Source: Malacoraja senta
Lineage: Eukaryota
Reading direction: 5' to 3'
DNA length: 64,000 nucleotides
Assembly (NCBI GenBank): GCA_038087875.1
Contig: CM075994.1
Span: forward strand, 10,480,001 to 10,544,000
Shown here: positions 1 through 12,282 of the stretch, piece after piece
Position numbering within the stretch: position 1 is the first letter of the stretch
Layout: the number at the start of each line of letters is the position of its first letter
Position numbers and translations under genes: made by a program
Notes under the pieces: generated by a model
The model's input: only the letters and a program-made list of their open reading frames with translations
Database searches by the model: none
What the model was told of the DNA's origin: nothing

Positions 1-329
1 CGGTCGAGCTGAAATTGTAATGTAGACCCTGACGTGCAGCAAATAGCTTTATATTCTTGCAATAATGAAACAACCCAGTGATATTTTAGTTTATTAACAA
101 GATTCCGAATAGCAAGGGCCCTGGGGGATTTACTCTCGCGACTGCAAGTAAGATTTATGAATCAAAGAATATGAGTGTTTTTGAATCGGATGAAAAATCT
201 CATATTATGTTTCTTTTAGCTTGGCAATTTGTACAGATGTTCCAGGTTTAATCCCCCTGTGTTTTTTTAAAGTGCGACTGAAACATTCTCCGTCTACCTG
301 TGGCTTCATGTAAGATACGGTTCTCTCTT

Positions 330-568
330 GGCGCTGCGGTAGAGTTGCTGCCTTACAGCGGCAGTGACCCGGGTTCGATCCTGACCACCGCTGCTTGCTC
401 GTTCCTCCTGTGACCGCGAGGGTTTTCTCCGGGTGCTCCTATTTCCCACACGCAAACGTGTTTGATTGGCTTCTGAAAACTGTGTGTGGGATAGTGCTAG
501 TGGGCGAGGATGGCTGGTCGTCGTCGACTCGGTGGGCCGAAGGGCCTGTTTCCACGCCGTTTCTCTAA
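330..568 (+). mobile_element. tRNA-derived V-SINE (HE1-like) with CR1-type tail
   Basis: Box-B-like GGTTCGATCC, V-domain ...TTCTCC...GGGTTTTCTCCGGGTGCTCC, tail GGGCCGAAGGGCCTGTTTCC. Confidence 0.8.
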
Positions 569-865
569 AGTCGAAAGACGCGAATGTGAGGATGGTTTTA
601 GGTTGCGAGCCGCTAATTGCTCGGAAGGGTGTGCATGCAATCTCCGTCCCCGACGCTGGGTGGCGTTTTGGAGACCGGTCATAAGTTTTAGGAGCGGAAT
701 TAGGCCATTCAGCCCATCAAGTCTACTCCGCCATTCAATCATGACTGATCTAACTCTCCCTCCCAACCCCATTCTCCTGCCTTCTCCACATAACCCGCCC
801 CGCCCCCGACACTAATCAAGTCCTAGCAACGAAGGCCAGTGGTGAAGGATACATAAGATAATCTT

Positions 866-967
866 ATAAGATAGTCTGAAGAAGGGTCTCGACCCGAAAC
901 GTCACACATTCCTTCGCTCCATAGATGCTGCCTCACCCGCTGAGTTTCTCCAACATTTTTATCTACC
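866..967 (+). mobile_element. ~100-bp Penelope terminal mini-insert with hammerhead-like core and 12-bp TSD
   Basis: TAAGATAATCTT at 854-865 and 968-979. CTGAAGAAGGGTCTCGACCCGAAACGTC at 876-903. Confidence 0.8.
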
Positions 968-1842
968 TAAGATAATCTTCCATAGATTAAGATGCATACT
1001 ACAGATTTTAGTATTTTGAAGCAAATTATAAGGATAAAGAGAAATATCTCGACCAGAACAAATGGTTTTAATGTAAACATTTTATCTGAAGTTACAGCAG
1101 GATCTTAATCAGTTGGGCAAGTGGTATGAGGACTGGTGAATGGAGTTGAATGCAGATAATGGATAATATGTGCAGGAGTAGGCCCTTCGGCCCTTCGAGC
1201 CACCATTCAATGTGATCATGGCTGAGAGTTGTTACATTTTGTGTAGGGACCTTCACATTGAACACTGGGGCTCTGAGGAGTGTTGTAGAGCAGGGGGATC
1301 TTAGAGTGGCAGGCACATAGCTCCCTGAAACAGGTGCTGCAGGTAGACCAGCTGGTCAACAAGGCTTTCTGTGCATTGGCCTCAATCAGTATGGGCATTG
1401 AGTATAGAGGCTAGGGTATTATGTTGCGATTGGTGAGGCCTGCAATTGGAGCATTGTGTTCAGTTTTGGTCATCCTACTATAAGAAGGGTGGTGTTAAGC
1501 TGGAAAGAGGGGAGAGACGATTCACGAGAATGTTGCCAGGACTTGAGGGCCTGAGCTATAGGGAGACTTTGCACAGGCTTTGACTCTACTCCTTGGGGTG
1601 CAGAATGATGAGGGGTGACCTTATCAAGGTGTACAAGATCATGAAGGAGAATGGGGAAATGCACAGAGTCTTTTACTCAGGGTAGAGGAATCAAGAACCA
1701 GTAGACATAGATTTAAGGTGAGAGGGGAAAGATTTAATAGGAACCTGAGGGGAAGCTTTTTTTTACAGAGGACTGTAAAAAAACAGTTTTTTTACAGTGG
1801 TTGTATGAAACGAGCAGTTGAAGTTAATTGGCTGAATATAAA

Positions 1843-2372
1843 AGGTAGGCAAAAATGCTGGAGAAACTCAGCGGGTGAGGCAGCATCTCTGGAGCGAAGG
1901 AATAGGTGACGTTTCGGGTCTTCTTCAGACTGATGTAGGGGTGGGGTGGGGGCAGGAAGAAGAAAGGAAGAGGCGGAGACAGTAGGCTGTGGGAGAGCTG
2001 GGGAGGGGAAGGAGGGAGAAAGCAAGGACTACCTGAAATTGGAGAAGTCAATGTTCATACCGCTGGGGTGTAAACTACCCAAGCGAAATATGAGGTGCTG
2101 CTCCTCCAATTTGCGGTGGGACTCACTCTGGCCATGGAGGAGGCCCAGGACAGAAAGGTCGGATTCGGAATGAGAGGGGGAGTTGAAGTGATGAGCCACC
2201 GGGAGATTGGGTTGGTTAATGCAAACTGACCGGAGCTGTTGGGCGAAGCGATCGCCAAGCCTACGCTTGGTCTCACCGATGTTGATCAGTTGACACCTAG
2301 AGCTGTGGATGCAATAGATGAGGCTTGAGGAGGTGCAGGTGAACCTCTGCCGCACCTGGAAAGACTGCTTGG
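1843..2372 (-). mobile_element. Penelope-like element 3' fragment (GIY-YIG)
   Basis: ORF 2029-2355 is homologous to 24011-24337 and has the same terminal module. Confidence 0.85.
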
Positions 2373-3159
2373 GTAAATGTGAATTGTCCCTAGTGTGTAT
2401 TGGATAGTGTTAATGTGTGGGGATCATTGGTCGGTGCGGACTTGGTGGGCCGAAGGGCCTGTTTCCGCACTGTATCTCTAAACTAAACTAAGTAGTTGAG
2501 GCAGGTGCTATAAACAGCATTTAAAAGACACGTGCTGTTATGGTTATATGGTTATACGTGGACAGGTACGTGGTTGGGAGCGGTTTGGAGGGATATGGGA
2601 CTGGCTTAGTTAATGGCGCAATGGGTTCAAGGGGCCGAAAGGTCTGTCCCAGCCCTTAATTGTGTCCCAGATCAGCCAGAACCTCTCACTGAATGTGAGG
2701 CGGAAATGGGCAGAAAGAGCCTTTCCCACAACCGGGCAAATGAAACGTGGCTTGAGCAAGGTTTGTCCAACAGTCGCACGCAAACCCACGGCACAGGAGA
2801 GAGGCAGAATTGTTTGCGGATCGAGCAACAAGTGTCAGAAAGGTGCAGCGGGTAGAACGGCTGCCTCACAGCACCGGAGACCCGGTTCGATCCTGACCTC
2901 GTGTGCTGTCGGGGCGCCGAGTTTGCACGTTCTCCCTGTGACCACCTGGGTTTCCTCCCACGTCCCAAAAAGACGATAGGGCCTCTGAAATATTGCCCGT
3001 AGTGTGTAGGGAGTGGATGTGAAGGCGGGATAACATAGAACCACCGTGAATGAATCAGTATGGACTGCAGCTCCTGCTACCACGGTGAATCTCTCAACTC
3101 CAAATTGCCCCGTGTGTGCAGGGAGTGGATGAGAAAGTGGGAAAGCGTAGAACTAGTGC

Positions 3160-3838
3160 AATAGACAATAAGTGCAGGAGTAGGCCATTCGGCCCTTCGA
3201 GCCAGCACCGCCACTCAATGTGATCATGGCTGATCGTCCACAATCAGTACCCCGTTCCTGCCTTCACCCCATATCCCCTGACTCCGCTATCTTTAAGAGT
3301 CCTATCTAACTCTCTCTTGAAAGTATCCAGAGAGCTGGCCACAACTGCCCTCTGAGGCAGAGAATTCCACAGACTCACTACTCTCTGTGAGAAAAAGTGA
3401 TTACTCGTCTCCGTTCTAAATAGCTTACCCCTTATTCTTAAACTGTGGCCCCTGGTTCTGGACACCCCCAACATCGGGAACATGTTTCCTGCCTCTAGCG
3501 TGTCCAAACCCTTAATAATCTTATCTGTTTCAATAAGATTCCCTCTCACCCTTCTAAACTCCAGAGTATACAAACCCAGCTGCTCCATTCTCCAGTCCTA
3601 CAAACCCAGCTGCTCCATATGCCAGTCCTACAATCCCGGGAATTAACCTTGTAAACCTACGCTGCACTCCCTCAATAGCAAGAATGTCCTTCCTCAAATT
3701 AGGGGACCAAAACTGCACTCAATACTCCAGGTGTGGTCTCACTGGGGCCCTATACAACTGCAGAAGGACCTCTTTGCTCCTATACTCAACTCCTCTTGTT
3801 ATAGAGGCCAACATGCCATTCGCTTTCTTCACTGCCTG
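3160..3838 (-). mobile_element. CR1 LINE 3' fragment
   Basis: [40 protein letters not shown], (CTATTGT)n tail. Representative of dozens of copies. Confidence 0.9.
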
Positions 3839-6271
3839 CAAACGGGTGATCGATGGTCGGAGTGGACCTGGTGGGTTGAAGGTAGACTGGAAAAGATAAG
3901 ATGGAGTAACTCAGCGGGTCAGACAGCATCTCTGGAGAAACGGAATAGGTGGCGTTCCAATTCACAAGTTCACGGAGTAGAATTAGGCCATTCGGCCCAT
4001 CGAGTCTCCTCCGTCATTCAATCATGGCTGATCTCAGCCTCCTGATCCCATTTTCCTGCCTTCTCCCCATAACCAAACGGGATGTCGGGGCTGTCATATG
4101 CTGAGAGAATGGAGCGGTTAGGCTTGTGTACTCTGGAATTTAGAAGGATGAGAGGGGATCTTATTGAAACACATAAGATTATTAATGGTATGGACACACT
4201 AGAGGCAGGAAACATGTTCCCGATGTTGGGGGAGTCCAGAACCAAGGGTCACAGTTTAAGAATAAGGGGTAAGCCATTTAGAACGGAGATGAGGAAACAC
4301 TTTTTCATACAGAGGGTTGTGAGTCTGTGGAATTCTCTGCCTCAGAGGGCGGTGGAGGCTGGTTCTCTGGATACTTTCAAGAGAGAGCTGGATAGGGCTC
4401 TTAAAGATAGGGGATATGGGGAGAAGGCAGGAGCGGGGTACTGATTGGGGATGATCAGCCATGGTCACATTGAATGGCGGTGCTGGCTCGAAGGACCGAA
4501 TGTCCTACTCCTGCACCTATTGTCTATTGCCCATTGTCTATTGTCTAGACCTTGACACCCGTTCTAATCAAGAATTTGTCTATCTCTGCCTTAAAAATAT
4601 CCACTGACGGCCTCCACAGCCCTCTATGGCAATGAGTTCCACAGATTAACTACCCTCTGACTGAAGAAGTTCCTCCTCATCTTTCTAAAAGAGCGACCTT
4701 TAATTCCGAGGCTATGACCTCTGGCCCACCAGCGGAAAAGGCTCCCGAGACCCTTCTTCAGACTTGTTCAGAAGGACCTGTTTCCAAGCTGCATCTTTCA
4801 ATAAATCAAGTGCCCTTGATCCCACACTCAGTCTTTAATCTAAATATTTACACTGCTTGGATGGAGCAGACACAGACGTCATGAAGAAATTGCAATCGTC
4901 ATTCGGTATCCATGGTTACTGCGGTGGACACAAAAGCCATCCGGTTTCAATTCACCAGGAGATTGCTTTTCTATTCTTTCCCTATGAAATCCTTCTGAGG
5001 CTAAACTGAATCTGTGCAAGTTGTTGTATTGAGACACCAAAATAATATAGATCGCTTTCCAAAGAATGGTCTCGACCCATTCCTTTTCTCCAGAGATGCT
5101 GTCTGGCCTGCTGAGTTACTCCAGCTTTTAGTGTCTATCTTAGATCTCTTCCCCTTTGCTGCATTGAACAACACAGCACAGAAACAGGCCATTCGGCCCA
5201 CAATATATGTGCTGGCCCTGGTGCCACGTTAAACAGTACATTTGCCTCCATCAAACAAAAGACACAAAGTGCTGGAGTAACTCAGCGGGTCAGGCAACAT
5301 CTCTGGAGAAGGATCCCAGGAATGAGTGGGTTAATTACAGTTGCTGGGTAATACAATACACAACAGGTGCAGGAGGAGGCCATTCGGCCCTTCGAGCCAG
5401 CACCGCCATTCATCGTGATCATGGCAGATCATCCCCAATCAGTACACCGTTCCGGCCTTCTCCCCATATCCCCTGACTCCGCTATCTTTAAGAGCCCTAT
5501 CTAGCTCTCTCTTGAAAGCATCCAGAGAACCGGCCTCCACCGCCCTCGGAGGCAGATAATTCCACAGACTCACCGCTCTCTGTGTGAAAAAATGTTTCCT
5601 CATCTCCGTTCTAAATGACTGACCCCTTATTCTTAAACTGTGGCCCCTGGTTCTGGACTCCCCCAACACCGGGAACATGATTCCTGCCTCTAGTGTGTCC
5701 AAACCCTTAATAATCTTATATGTTTCAATGAGATGCCCTCTCATCCTTCTAAACTCCAGAGTATACAAGCCCATCCGCTCCATTCTCTCAGCATATGACA
5801 GTCCCGCCATCCCGGGAATTAACCTGGTGAACCTACGCTGCACTCCCTCAATAGCAAGAATGACACAGCAAGTCAGACAGCATCTCTGGAGAACATGGAC
5901 AGATGGTGTTTTGGGCTGGGACCCTTCATCATGCTGGGGGGAGGGAAAGCTGGAAGAGAGGTGATGGGCAGGATAAAAGCTGGCAAGTCGTAGGTGGATA
6001 CAGGTGGAGGGGGTGGGAGGGGTTGATTGGCAGATGGGTGGACGAAGGCCAGATGGGAAGAAGTCAAAAGGCAGTAAGATAAGGAGAGACACGAAATGTG
6101 AAGCCAGAAGATTGATTGTTTTTATGTACAGTATTATCTGATTTGATGGCATTTACTGCAGCCGGCCTGCGGCCTACATCACCTTGAAGCCGCGGTCTGC
6201 GGAGCTTCTAGCCGCGTGCACGGCGGGGACTGACTTACTTACCATCTGGTGCGGGATCCCTCGCCGGGAGT

Positions 6272-7378
6272 CTTTCTCCTCCCCAGCTAATCTCTGCTGT
6301 GGGGTTCCACAAGGTTCCATCCTTGGCCCCATTCTCTTCTCCCTGTATATGCTCCCCTTAGGCCAAGTCATTGAAAGGCACGGCATTTCCTTCCATTGCT
6401 ACGCAGACGATACACAACTCTATCTCCCCCTGAAGCCCAAAATCCAATCAAATCTGCTTAACCTTACCCACTGCCTCGAGGATATAAAGTGTTGGATGGC
6501 CCAGAACTTCCTCCAACTAAACAAGAGTAAGTCTGAGGTCATCCTTCTCGGCCCCTCGGACTCAATCAAACTGATAGCAGGCAGCCTTGGAAGCCTTACC
6601 CCACTACTCAAACCTCATTTCAAAAACCTTGCGTGATATTTGACTCAGCACTGAAATTTGACAAACAAGTCAATGCCGTGGTAAAAGCTAGCTTCTTTCA
6701 GCTTCGGACGATAGCTAAAATAAAACAATTCCTCCACTTTGATGACCTCGAAAAGATCATCCACACATTTATCTCCTCCCGCCTAGATTACTGCAACTCC
6801 CTTTACACTGGCATCAGCCAATCTTCCCTGTCCCGCCTGCAACTGGTCCAAAACGCCGCAGCGAGACTCCTGACGGGCACCCGAAAAAGGGACCACATCA
6901 CCCCGATCCTGGCCTCTCTCCACTGGCTCCCTGTGCGGTTCCGTATACATTTCAAGCTCCTCCTCTATGTCTACAAAGCCCTCAATGGGCTTGCCCCCAC
7001 CTACATTAAAAGTCTTCTCACCCACCACTCCACCTCCAGGTCCCTCAGATCGGCCGACTTGGGGTTGCTGAATATCCCGCGGTCTAGGCATAAGCCCAGG
7101 GGCGACCGTGCCTTTGCGGTTGCAGCTCCTAGACTGTGGAACAGCAACCCCCTTCCCATCAGAACTGCCCCCTCCATCGACTCCTTTAAGTCAAGACTAA
7201 AAACGTATCTATACACCCAAGCCTTTCTTGACGTCCTCTGAGCGAGGGCTATATGTATATATGTATGTAGTTTGTTTGTTTATACTATTCTTATAACAAA
7301 TGTAAAGCACTTTGGCCAACGAGAGTTGTTTTTTAAATATACTATATAAATAAATGTGACTTGACTTGACTTGACTTG
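6272..7378 (+). mobile_element. L2 LINE, 5'-truncated (RT C-terminal half and tail)
   Basis: GVPQGSILGP, FHCYADDTQLY, SRLDYCNSL, LHWLPV. One frameshift near 6633. (GACTT)n tail. Confidence 0.92.
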
Positions 7379-8114
7379 AGTCCCTGGAGAAGAGCTCCGA
7401 CCGCCGGCCTGCGGCCTACGTCATCCTTAACAATCATATGTTGCAATGAGATGCCCTCTCATCCTTCTAAACTCCAGAGTGTACAAGCCCAGCTGCTCCA
7501 TTCTCTCAGTATATGACAGTCCCGCCATCCCGGGAATTAACCTTGTAAACCTACGCTGCACTCCCTCAATAGCAAGAATGTCCTTCCTCAAATTAGGGGA
7601 CCAAAACGGCACACAATACTCCAGGTGTGGTCTCACTAGGGCCCTGTACAACTACAGACGGACCTCTTTCTCCGATATTCGACTCCTCTTGTTATAAAGG
7701 CCAACATGCCATTCCTTTTCTTCATTGCCTGCTGTACCTGCATGCTTACTTTCATAGACTGATGTACAAGGACCCCCAGATCCCGTTGTACTTCCCCTTT
7801 TCCCAACTTGACGCCATTTAGATAGTAATCTGCCTTCCTGTTTTTTGCTACCATAGTGGATAACCTCACAATTATCCGCGTTAAACTTCATCTGCCCACT
7901 CCCCCAACCTGTCCAAGTTACCCTGCATTCTCATGGCATCCTCCTCACAGTTCACACTGCCATCCAGCTTTGTGTCATCTGGTGATGACTTTGTGAATGA
8001 CATTGTGATGTTTCCGGTCGAGACCCTTCTTCAGACTGGGGGGTCTCGACCCGAAACGTCACCCATTCCTTCGCTCCATAGATGCTGCCTGTCCCGCTGA
8101 GTTACTCCAGCATT

Positions 8115-8775
8115 CTCGAGCGGCAGCATTTTGAAACAGTGATCCATGCCTTTATTACATCTAGGCTGGATTACTGTAACGCACTCTATTTTGGAGCTGC
8201 ACGATCTTCACTGGCTCGTCTCCAGTTGGTTCAAAATGCTGCTGCTCGCCATTTGACTCTAACTCGAAAGAGGGAGCACATAACGCCAATTCTGGCCTCC
8301 CTCCACTGGCTCCCGGTGCACTTTCGAGTTCATTTTAAAATTCTTTTATTTGCTTTTAAATCTCTAAATGGGCTCGCCCTGCCTTACATCTCTGAACTGC
8401 TCCACCCATACGCTCCTGCCCGGTGCCTCAGGTCAGCTGATCAGCTGCTCCTGGAGGTACCCAGGTCTAAGCGGAAGCTCAGAGGGGATAGAGCCTTCTC
8501 TGTTGCTGCTCCGGCCCTCTGGAACACCCTGCCGTAGCACATCAGACAGGCCCCCTCACTGTCCATCTTCAAAACCAGTATTAAAACACATTTACATTCC
8601 TTGGCTTTTGACACTGCTTGAGACTTTTCTCCTGTTTTTAGTGCTTTTAATGTTTTTAATTTTATTGTTTTTACTCTTTCGTTAAATTTTTTTATTGTTA
8701 TGTAATAATTTCTTGTCCATGATTAGTCATGTACAGCACTTTGTTGCAACTGTGGTTGTTTTTAAAGTGCTCTAT
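8115..8775 (+). mobile_element. L2 LINE 3' fragment (second subfamily)
   Basis: HAFITSRLDYCNAL...LHWLPV...GDRAFSVAAPALWNTLP with (TTA)n tail. Confidence 0.9.
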
Positions 8776-8804
8776 AAATAAAGTTATTATTATTATTTTG
8801 TGGG

Positions 8805-9187
8805 CAGACAAAAAGCTGGAGAAACTCTGCGTGTGAGGCAGCATCTATGGAGCGAAGGAATGGGTGACTTTTCGGGTCGAGACCCTTCTTCAGACTGATG
8901 TGGCGAGGGGGGGGGTGGCGTGGGAAGAAAGGAAGAGGCGGAGACAGTGGGCTGTGGGAGAGCTGGGATGGGGATGGGAAGGAGGGAGAAAGCAAGGACT
9001 ACCTGAAATTGGAGAAGTCAATGTTCATACCGCTGGGGTGTAAACTACCCAAGCGAAATATGAGGTGCTGCTCCTCCAATTTGCGGTGGGACTCACTCTG
9101 CCCATGGAGGAGACCCAGGACAGAAAGGGTGGATTGGGAATGGGAGGGGGAGTTGAAGTGCTGGGCCACGGGGAGATCAGGTTGGTT
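8805..9187 (-). mobile_element. Penelope-like element 3' fragment
   Basis: [12 protein letters not shown]...NIDFSNFR plus terminal module. Confidence 0.85.
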
Positions 9188-9412
9188 TTTGGCGGCTGCC
9201 ATCGAGCAGCAGCCGAAATGGGGAAGTTCATGAAACATGGGAAGGTGGTCTTGGTGCTGGCCGGTGGCTACGATGGACGCAAATGTGTCATTGTGAAGAA
9301 CATTGACGATGGAACCTCCGATCGGCTTTACAGTCATGCCCTCGATACTGGTATTGATCGCGACCCTCAAAAAATGACGGCCAAAATGGGTAAGAAGAAG
9401 GTGGCCAAGAGG

Positions 9413-9950
9413 TCCAAATCTGAGGAAGGACATTATTGCCATAGAGGGAGTACAGAGAAGGTTCACCAGACTGATTCCTGGGATATCAGGACTGTCTTAT
9501 GAAGAAAGACTGGATAGACTTGGTTTATACTCTCTAGAATTTAGGAGATTGAGGGGGGATCTTATAGAAACGTACAAAATTCTTAAGGGGTTGGACAGGC
9601 TAGATGCAGGAAGATTGTTCCCGATGTTGGGGAAGTCCAGGACAAGGGGTCACAGCTTAAGGATAAGGGGGAAATCCTTTAAAACCGAGATGAGAAGAAC
9701 TTTTTTCACACAGAGAGTGGTGAATCTCTGGAACTCTCTGCCACAGAGGGTAGTCGAGGCCAGTTCATTGGCTATATTTAAGAGGGAGTTAGATGTGGCC
9801 CTTGTGGCTAAAGGGATCAGGGGGTATGGAGAGAAGGCAGGTACGGGATACTGAGTTGGATGATCAGCCATGATCATATTGAATGGCGGTGCAGGCTCGA
9901 AGGGCCGAATGGCCTACTCCTGCACCTAATTTCTATCTTTCTATGTTTCT
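9413..9950 (+). mobile_element. CR1 LINE 3' fragment inserted in the RPL27 pseudogene
   Basis: ORF 9549-9854 and (TTCTATGT)n tail. Confidence 0.9.
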
Positions 9951-10005
9951 ATCAAGTCCGTTGTGAATGCATACAACTACAAACAACTGATGCCAACCAG
10001 GTATT

Positions 10006-10442
10006 AGAAACATAGAAAATAGGTGCAGGAGGAAGCCATTCGGCCCTTCCGGCCAGCACCGCCATTCATTGTGATCATGGCTGATCGTCCCCAATCAATA
10101 ACCCGTGCCTGCCTTCTCCCCATATCCCTTGACTCCACTAGTCCCGAGAGCTCTATGTAACTCTCTCTTAAATCCATCCAGTGATTTGGCCTCCACTGCC
10201 CTCTGTGGCAGGGAATTCCACAAATTCACAACTCTCTGGGTAAAAACGTTTTTTCTCACCTCAGTCTTAAATGACCTTCCCTTTATTCTAAGACTGTAGC
10301 CCCTGGTTCTGGACTCGCCCAACATTGGGAACATTTTTCCTGCATCAGCTTATCCAGTCCTTATATAATTTTATATGTTTCTGTAAGATTCCCCCTCATC
10401 CTTCTAAACTCCAGTGAATACAAGCCCAGTCTTTTCAATCTT
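10006..10442 (-). mobile_element. CR1 LINE 3' fragment inserted in the RPL27 pseudogene
   Basis: ORF 10095-10334. Different subfamily from the preceding copy. Confidence 0.9.
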
Positions 10443-11182
10443 GACATTCCATTGGGTAAGACCATTGTGAACAAGGATGTTTTCTGGGAGCCTGCTTTGA
10501 AACGCAAAGCTAGGCGAGAAGCCAATGTAATATTTGAAGAAAGGTACACGACTGGGAAAAACAAATGGTCCATTCAGAAGCTCCGATTCTAAGTTGTGTA
10601 TCAAGTTATAGGAGTAGGGGCGGCGCATGATGGCAGCCTCTGCCTACAATCTCTCTGTTTTTCCATCTTTTTATTATTTTTATTCTGTTTAAAAATATGT
10701 TGTGGAGATTTATTTTGTATTTCTACGTGGGGGAGTTGGGCAGGGTAAGGGGGAAACCGTTTCCCAGTCACTTCCTGGCAAGGATGTGACTATTCTCCAA
10801 GTTGCGTCCTCGCCCCCCCCCCCCTCCCTTCCTCGCGGCCTACCACCTGGATTGGCGCGGCCTTTCCTGCTGGAGACCAGACCAGACCTTCAGCGGCGGT
10901 GAAGCACTGGATTCATCGTGGAGCGGAGCGATGCCTTACCCGGATCGCCGTGTTGAATCTCCGGAGTGTTGGGCCTGCTGCTTCAATATCGCGGAGCTGC
11001 GGTATGTGGAGCTTCCAGCTCGGGCGCCGCTGATTTCAACATCGCAGAGTCTTGGGGCCCTTTGCCGAGGGCCGCCAGCATTGAATCTCCGCCCAGCACG
11101 GCCTGGGGACTTCGGGAGCCGCGGACTCCAGTAGGAGGTGGCCGATTCGGATGTCCAAGCCGTTGAGGTGGTTCTACCATTC

Positions 11183-11716
11183 CATAGATACATAGATACA
11201 TAGAAAATAGGTGCAGGAGTAGGCCATTCGGCCCTTCGAGCCTGCACCGCCATTCAATATGATCATGGCTGATCATCTAACTCAGTATCCTGTACCTGCC
11301 TTCTCTCCATACCCCCTGATCCCTTTAGCCACAAGGGCCACATCTAACTCCCTCTTAAATATAGCCAATGAACTGGCCTCAACTACCCTCTGTGGCAGAG
11401 AGTTCCAGAGATTCACCACTCTCTGTGTGAAAAGGTTTTTCCTCATCTCGGTCTTAAAGGATTTCCCCCTTATCCTTAAGCTGTGACCCCTTGTCATGGA
11501 CTTCCCCAACATCGGGAACAATCTTCCTGCATCTAGCCTGTCCAACCCCATAAGAATTTTGTACGTTTCTATAAGATCCCCTCTCAATCTCCTAAATTCT
11601 AGCGAGTATAAGCCAAGTCTATCCAGTCTTTCTTCATATGAAAGTCCTGACATCCCAGGAATCAGTCTGGTGAACCTTCTCTGCACTCCCTCTATGGCTA
11701 TGATGTCCTTCCTCAG
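11183..11716 (-). mobile_element. CR1 LINE 3' fragment
   Basis: Near-identical reverse complement of 9413-9950. Confidence 0.9.
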
Positions 11717-12282
11717 ATAATGTCCTTCCTCAACTTCCTTCCGACGTTGGAGTTCCATCATCCTCGTCTCCGTCCTAAATGGCTTACCCCTTATTCTTAA
11801 ACTGTGGGCCCTGGTTCTGGTCTGAACATCGGGCCACACGCAGTGGCGACTGCGGAGGGCTCGTGAGGCCTCGACCACGGGTGAACATCAAAGAACATCA
11901 AAGAGGAGGAGGACTGAACTTTGGTGCCTTCCCTCACAGTGAGAAACTTTGATTCCGCTGTGTGGGAATGTCTATGTTAAAGACTCGTATGGCTGTATGG
12001 TGACCCCAAATTTCACTGCACCAATTGGTGCATGTCTCTTGTCTCTTGTATCAGTATAAATACATTTTAAAACTTTTTTAAAAATTTGATCCAGTTTTTT
12101 GTGTCTATCTTCAGTTTAAACCAGCATCTGCAGTTCCGTCCTACACAGGTTTTTAGAGGGATGTGGGCCTAAGGCAGGGAGGTGGGACTGGTGTAGATGG
12201 GTCATGTTGGCCGGCAAGGCCTGTTTACACGCTGTGCGACTCTGGCTCTCTAAAACTCGCTCTCTTGTCCTTCCTGCGTCAG

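Larger units (their letters stand above)
9218..10592 (+). pseudogene. RPL27: Processed 60S ribosomal protein L27 pseudogene in three pieces (9218-9420, 9951-10005, 10443-10592)
   Basis: [42 protein letters not shown]...KRSK / IKSVVNAYNYKQLMPTRY / [49 protein letters not shown]. There are no introns, both gaps are CR1 insertions, and many conserved residues are substituted. Confidence 0.93.

Noticed and set aside
330..400. tRNA genes
   Set aside because: The tRNA-like boxes are SINE heads continuing into V-SINE core and CR1-type tails, with no complete cloverleaf.
5439..7241. Intact autonomous retrotransposon or host RT gene
   Set aside because: All LINE and Penelope copies are 5'-truncated fragments with frameshifts. 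No full ORF2 or transposase is present in the window.
9186..9950. RPL27-CR1 chimeric retrogene formed by template switching (ORF 9065-9502)
   Set aside because: RPL27 coding sequence resumes right after the CR1 tail at 9951, so the CR1 is a later insertion.
1..12282. Signal-peptide first exon of the NPDC1-family gene
   Set aside because: No convincing ATG, hydrophobic leader and phase-1 donor were found. It is probably upstream of the window.
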